A program made the translations under genes and the position numbers. Below are positions 38,611-42,212 of a stretch of DNA of 42,212 bases, one piece after another (within the stretch, counting starts at the first letter, position 1; every line of letters begins with the position of its first letter). The stretch spans positions 1-42,212 of the forward strand of contig JAHHIK010000070.1 in the NCBI GenBank assembly GCA_019358935.1, in the 5' to 3' direction. The notes beneath the pieces were generated by a model. That model searched no databases. It saw only the letters and a list, made by a program, of their open reading frames with translations, and was not told the origin of the DNA. This DNA is from Tolypothrix carrinoi HA7290-LM1 (GTDB lineage: Bacteria; Cyanobacteriota; Cyanobacteriia; Cyanobacteriales; Nostocaceae).

Positions 38611-39183
38611 TTAAATCAATCCAATGCGATCAAGGGGCCAAAAGCGAAAAATTGCTTTACCAATGATGTTTTTTCTCGGTAAAAACCCCCAGTAACGAGA
38701 ATCGTTGCTATCGTTACGGTTGTCTCCCATAACAAAAAATTCATCTTTGGGGACTGTCACGGGTGGGAAGGGCTGATTTGCTGGTTCAGCGATGTAGTCT
38801 TCTTGCAGGGGTTGCCCGTTGAGGTAGACTTTACCTTTGACAACGGTAATTACTTCCCCTGGTTCACCGATGACGCGCTTGATGAAAGCTTGGTCTTTGG
38901 GATATCCGCGACGTTGCAGTTCTAGTGGTGGCTGAAATACGATGATATCCCCAGTTTGGGGGGGGTGGAATTTGTAGGAGATTTTTTCCACCACCAAGCG
39001 ATCGCCTGTGTATAATGTTGGCAACATCGAATCAGAGGGAATGTAGCGCGGTTCGGCGATAAATGTGCGGATTAAGAGGGCAAGACATAAGGCGATCGCT
39101 ACTAACGTCAGATTTTCTTGCCAAATACGCCATACTTTAGACGAAGCGGAAGTCTGTTTTGCGTCACTTTCGTGAAGAGTCAT
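38611..39183 (-). CDS. lepB: Signal peptidase I
   Basis: IPSDSMLPTL, FIKRVIG, GDNRNDSNDSRYWG. Confidence 0.95.
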   Translation of the reverse strand: MTLHESDAKQTSASSKVWRIWQENLTLVAIALCLALLIRTFIAEPRYIPSDSMLPTLYTGDRLVVEKISYKFHPPQTGDIIVFQPPLELQRRGYPKDQAFIKRVIGEPGEVITVVKGKVYLNGQPLQEDYIAEPANQPFPPVTVPKDEFFVMGDNRNDSNDSRYWGFLPRKNIIGKAIFRFWPLDRIGLI

Positions 39184-39518
39184 AGAAATTTTCAGCTGTT
39201 ATTGAACAAGTTATAACAATACTGGATTATTCTGACGCTAAATATATGTTTATAACCAGTCGTTTTTCTAGGAAAATGCGTTTGAGTGCGTATTCGGACA
39301 CCAAGCTGTTCATCAGCGTGAAGTGCTTTATCTGCTTTTTGCAGAGGAGATTCGGGAATTTCACCCACCGATACGCCATATTGCCAGTTTGGTGGACAGA
39401 CAGCAATAAAGCAAGCATAACCTCCCAAGTTACCTTTTAATTTAGGATGTGCGATCGCTACGCTTTGCAGCTGTCTTTTGGTACTCGATTCTCTTTCAAT
39501 TTTTAGGTTGTAACCATT

Positions 39519-41561
39519 ATGAGGTACTGCATCAACCCCTACTGCCGAAACCGCCAAAACCCCGACAACTTAGATAAGTGCCAAGTTTGTGACAATGACT
39601 TGCTCATTAAAGGTCGGTATTGGCTTGTTAAACATCTACGCCCACTTAATACACCCTATTTTGATGTTTTTGAGGCAGATGATCGAAAGACAGCGAAAGT
39701 TTTGAAGGTTCTGAAGACAAACCAGCATCAGAAGTACGTCGAACTTTTTGAACAAGAAGCAAGAATATTGACTAATCTGAGACATCCAGGGATTCCAAAG
39801 GCAGAACCAGAGGGAGACTTTCTCTGGCAGCTTAATAACGATCAAAAGCTACGCTGTTTACTAATGGAGAAAATTGAGGGGCAAAATTTAGAGCAGTGGT
39901 TGCAGCAAAATCAGCGAATTTATCAAGATTATCAAGCACTTGATTGGCTGATAAAAATCACAAATATTTTGGATTATGTGCATAGCAATCGTTTTTTCCA
40001 TCGGGATATTAAGCCATCCAATATCATGTTGAAACCTGATGGACAACTCGTGTTGATTGATTTTGGCACAGCTAGGGAACTCACCGAGACAGTGATTAAT
40101 GGGCGGGATGTCACGGAAGTTTGTTCACATGGCTACACTGCACCAGAACAAATCGAAGGCAAAGCTGTTCCGCAATCAGATTTCTTTGCTTTAGGACGTA
40201 CATTTGTCCATCTACTAACTGGTAGACATCCTGATAGGTTTTCTCAGAACCGTCAAACAAAGCAGTTGATTTGGCGAGAAGATGCGGCAAATATATCACC
40301 TTTAATAGCAAATTTTATTGATGAACTGATGGCTCCATTAGTTAACAAACGACCCCGTAATGCAGAAATTATCTTGCAACGTCTAGAGCAAATTGGTCAC
40401 TCATTGCATCTGGCAGATGACCGAACTGAGCCGCCGTCACCTCCTCGCCGTTATTGGTCGGTTATTACCTTTGGGTTTTTCATCATCCTATTAGTAACTG
40501 TGTCGATAGGGTGGCGGAGATTTTTTGAACAGTCGCCTACAGCCGACCTCACCCCACCTTGTAGTTCACCTGCCTTAGATGTGAGTGAGATGGCTTTCAG
40601 CCCTAATGGCAACTATCTAGTCACAGCAAGTTTGGACAACACAATACGAGTGTTAAAAGCAAGCAGTGACAACAAGCAAGTCGCGTGCGAAAAAAAACAT
40701 GATAATGGCGTAGTAGCCGTCAAATTAAGTCCAGATGAGGGAAAAATTATCGCTACAGCCAGTTTGGATGGCAAAGCAGGCTTGTGGAATATGAATACCG
40801 ACGGTAGCATCAGCCTGTTACAATTTTTGGAGCACGAAAAAAGTCCCGTAGTCGCTCTCTCCTTTAGCCCCTATGGTAACTATCTAGCTACAGCTACAGC
40901 AGGTGGCAGCGTAAGAGTGTGGGATACAAAAACTTTTCAAGAAATGAAGCTCATACCATACAACGAATACGTCAGGGCTATTAGCTTCAGTCACGATGAA
41001 AATTATCTAGCTATAGTCGGCTTGACAAACAAAGTACATCTGTGGGAGTGGCAAGCCGATAAACCTATGGTTATACTACCCAATGAGGTAGTATCCCTTG
41101 CCTTCAGTCCAACAGATGGCAAGTATCTAGCCACAACTGATGCTAAAGGCAATGCACAAGTAAGGGACATAACTACTTTCAACGTTGTCAAAACTGTAAA
41201 TCTCAAAACTTATCCAACAACTTTCAACTTTAGTCCAGAAGGAAAAGATTTGGTCTTTATCGGTGGGGATAAAAAAGCAAAGTTGTGGAAGTGGGAAAAG
41301 TCCGACACAACTATACCCCTGGAACACAAGCCAAACAATAAGGTAGTAGTAGTTGCCTTCAGTCCAAAAGATGGGAAATATATAGCCACAGCTAGTGCTA
41401 ACGGCATTGTAACAGTGTGGAATAACAATGGTACTAAGATTATGGACTTGCCAAACACAAACAAAAACAATAGTTTAGTGGCACTGGCATTTAGTCCAAC
41501 AGACGAGAGGCAGTTGGCAGTAGCTAGTGCCGACGGTAGCGTACAGATAAGAAAGTGGTAA
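39519..41561 (+). CDS. Ser/Thr protein kinase with a 4-Cys prefix, a TM helix and C-terminal WD40 repeats
   Basis: YCINPYC..CQVC, VLKVL, HRDIKPSN, DFG, GYTAPEQ, hydrophobic helix, repeated AFSPxGxYLATAS. Confidence 0.93.
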   Translation: MRYCINPYCRNRQNPDNLDKCQVCDNDLLIKGRYWLVKHLRPLNTPYFDVFEADDRKTAKVLKVLKTNQHQKYVELFEQEARILTNLRHPGIPKAEPEGDFLWQLNNDQKLRCLLMEKIEGQNLEQWLQQNQRIYQDYQALDWLIKITNILDYVHSNRFFHRDIKPSNIMLKPDGQLVLIDFGTARELTETVINGRDVTEVCSHGYTAPEQIEGKAVPQSDFFALGRTFVHLLTGRHPDRFSQNRQTKQLIWREDAANISPLIANFIDELMAPLVNKRPRNAEIILQRLEQIGHSLHLADDRTEPPSPPRRYWSVITFGFFIILLVTVSIGWRRFFEQSPTADLTPPCSSPALDVSEMAFSPNGNYLVTASLDNTIRVLKASSDNKQVACEKKHDNGVVAVKLSPDEGKIIATASLDGKAGLWNMNTDGSISLLQFLEHEKSPVVALSFSPYGNYLATATAGGSVRVWDTKTFQEMKLIPYNEYVRAISFSHDENYLAIVGLTNKVHLWEWQADKPMVILPNEVVSLAFSPTDGKYLATTDAKGNAQVRDITTFNVVKTVNLKTYPTTFNFSPEGKDLVFIGGDKKAKLWKWEKSDTTIPLEHKPNNKVVVVAFSPKDGKYIATASANGIVTVWNNNGTKIMDLPNTNKNNSLVALAFSPTDERQLAVASADGSVQIRKW

Positions 41562-42091
41562 ACTACCCACACTGAACTTGCGTTACAGTGTGGGCTTTTA
41601 GTAGCCCTGAAGAGTCCATGATGAGCGAGCAGCATAAACCATTCGAGCCTCTGGGCTGGTTTACAAAAACAGCCCCAATAGCAGCAATATTTTTTGCTCC
41701 GTTCAAATCGGCATCCCCACACCATCCACAAGTTTCATTTGCACACTTGAAGCGTTTGTTGGATCGTAGTCCAATATGCAAGCAGCAGTGGCAAGTTTGA
41801 CTGGTATATGCAGGAGGTACAGCGATTACCTCAATACCTGCTTGAATCCCTTTGTAATCCAAAAAAGAACGCAATTGATAGAAAGACCAAGAATTAGAAC
41901 GCCTACGTTCAGTCTTGTTCCTTGGTTGCTGATTAGTTCTTTCCCGAATACCAGTTAAATTTTCAATTGCCACTGTTGCGTTATTAGACAACGCATCCTG
42001 AATAATAGATTTGCTGATGTTATGGTTTAGCCATTGTTGAAAACGCTTCTCCTTCCCCGACAGCCGTTTCAAAATCTGTCTCGCACGACGG
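41558..42091 (-). mobile_element. Right part of an IS200/IS605-family element, including the right end
   Basis: Subterminal hairpin CCCACACTG-N11-CAGTGTGGG (41566-41594), followed on the minus strand by TAGTTTAC; carries the tnpB 3' half. Confidence 0.85.
41563..42091 (-). CDS. tnpB: RNA-guided endonuclease TnpB, 3' exon
   Basis: RRARQILKRLSGKEKRFQQWLNHNISK, VAIENL (RuvC-II Glu), WSFYQLR, PAYTSQTCHCC...FKCANETC zinc finger, DADLNGAKNI (RuvC-III Asp). Confidence 0.93.
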
Positions 42092-42212
42092 GTAGGGTCG
42101 AGGTGTGCATTACTGCAACACCCCTCCCATTCGGAACCGTGCTTGCAATTTTCATCGCACACGGCTACTCAATGTGTTGTCCATTTGTCAAAAGCGGACT
42201 TCCTGACGGCAT
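42092..42212 (-). ncRNA. Group II intron 3' end (domains V and VI); the rest lies outside the window
   Basis: Minus strand 42167-42134 reads TAGCCGTGTGCGATGAAAATTGCAAGCACGGTTC: a 34-nt DV with AGC triad, GAAA loop and 2-nt bulge. A DVI hairpin follows and ends ...CGACCCTAC (AY terminus). Confidence 0.92.

Noticed and set aside
39242..39420. Protein-like start-less frame ENAFECVFGHQAVHQREVLYLLFAEEIREFHPPIRHIASLVDRQQ and overlapping short ORFs
   Set aside because: Preceded by an in-frame stop and no recognisable family; possibly a gene relic but not supportable without a search.
42092..42162. Cys-rich N-terminus of TnpB as given in the ORF track
   Set aside because: It is the fortuitous translation of intron domains V and VI.

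Overview
Chromosomal window of a filamentous, probably heterocyst-forming (Nostocales-type) cyanobacterium. This is inferred from frequent HIP1 octamers (GCGATCGC), STRR heptamer arrays, psbA, ccmP and xisI. In order it holds: the 3' end of psbA; a broken HTH/AAA_35/AAA_35/TPR locus with two out-of-frame junctions; ccmP; a pentapeptide-repeat gene; a 7TM-PAS-GGDEF cyclase; recR, which appears to need a non-canonical start codon; marR with a DUF2269-like gene; a redox/electrophile detox cluster divergent from rexT (trxA2, two old yellow enzymes, nitroreductase, GST, MFS); an uncharacterised small protein next to a 9x21-bp tandem array; a frameshifted xisI; low-oxygen-type acsF divergent from hemN; housekeeping genes (udg, pyrF, tyrS, class A PBP, lepB); a second hierarchical 21/42/84-bp array; and a Ser/Thr kinase-WD40 gene. 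The most striking signal is at the right edge. An IS200/IS605-family tnpB gene is interrupted by the 3' end (domains V and VI) of a group II intron, and the IS right end overlaps and supplies the kinase stop codon, so the predicted TnpB guide matches the kinase 3' end. Many small dispersed repeats and MITEs are present; two appear to sit in frame inside genes. All family calls come from motif recognition, not database searches.
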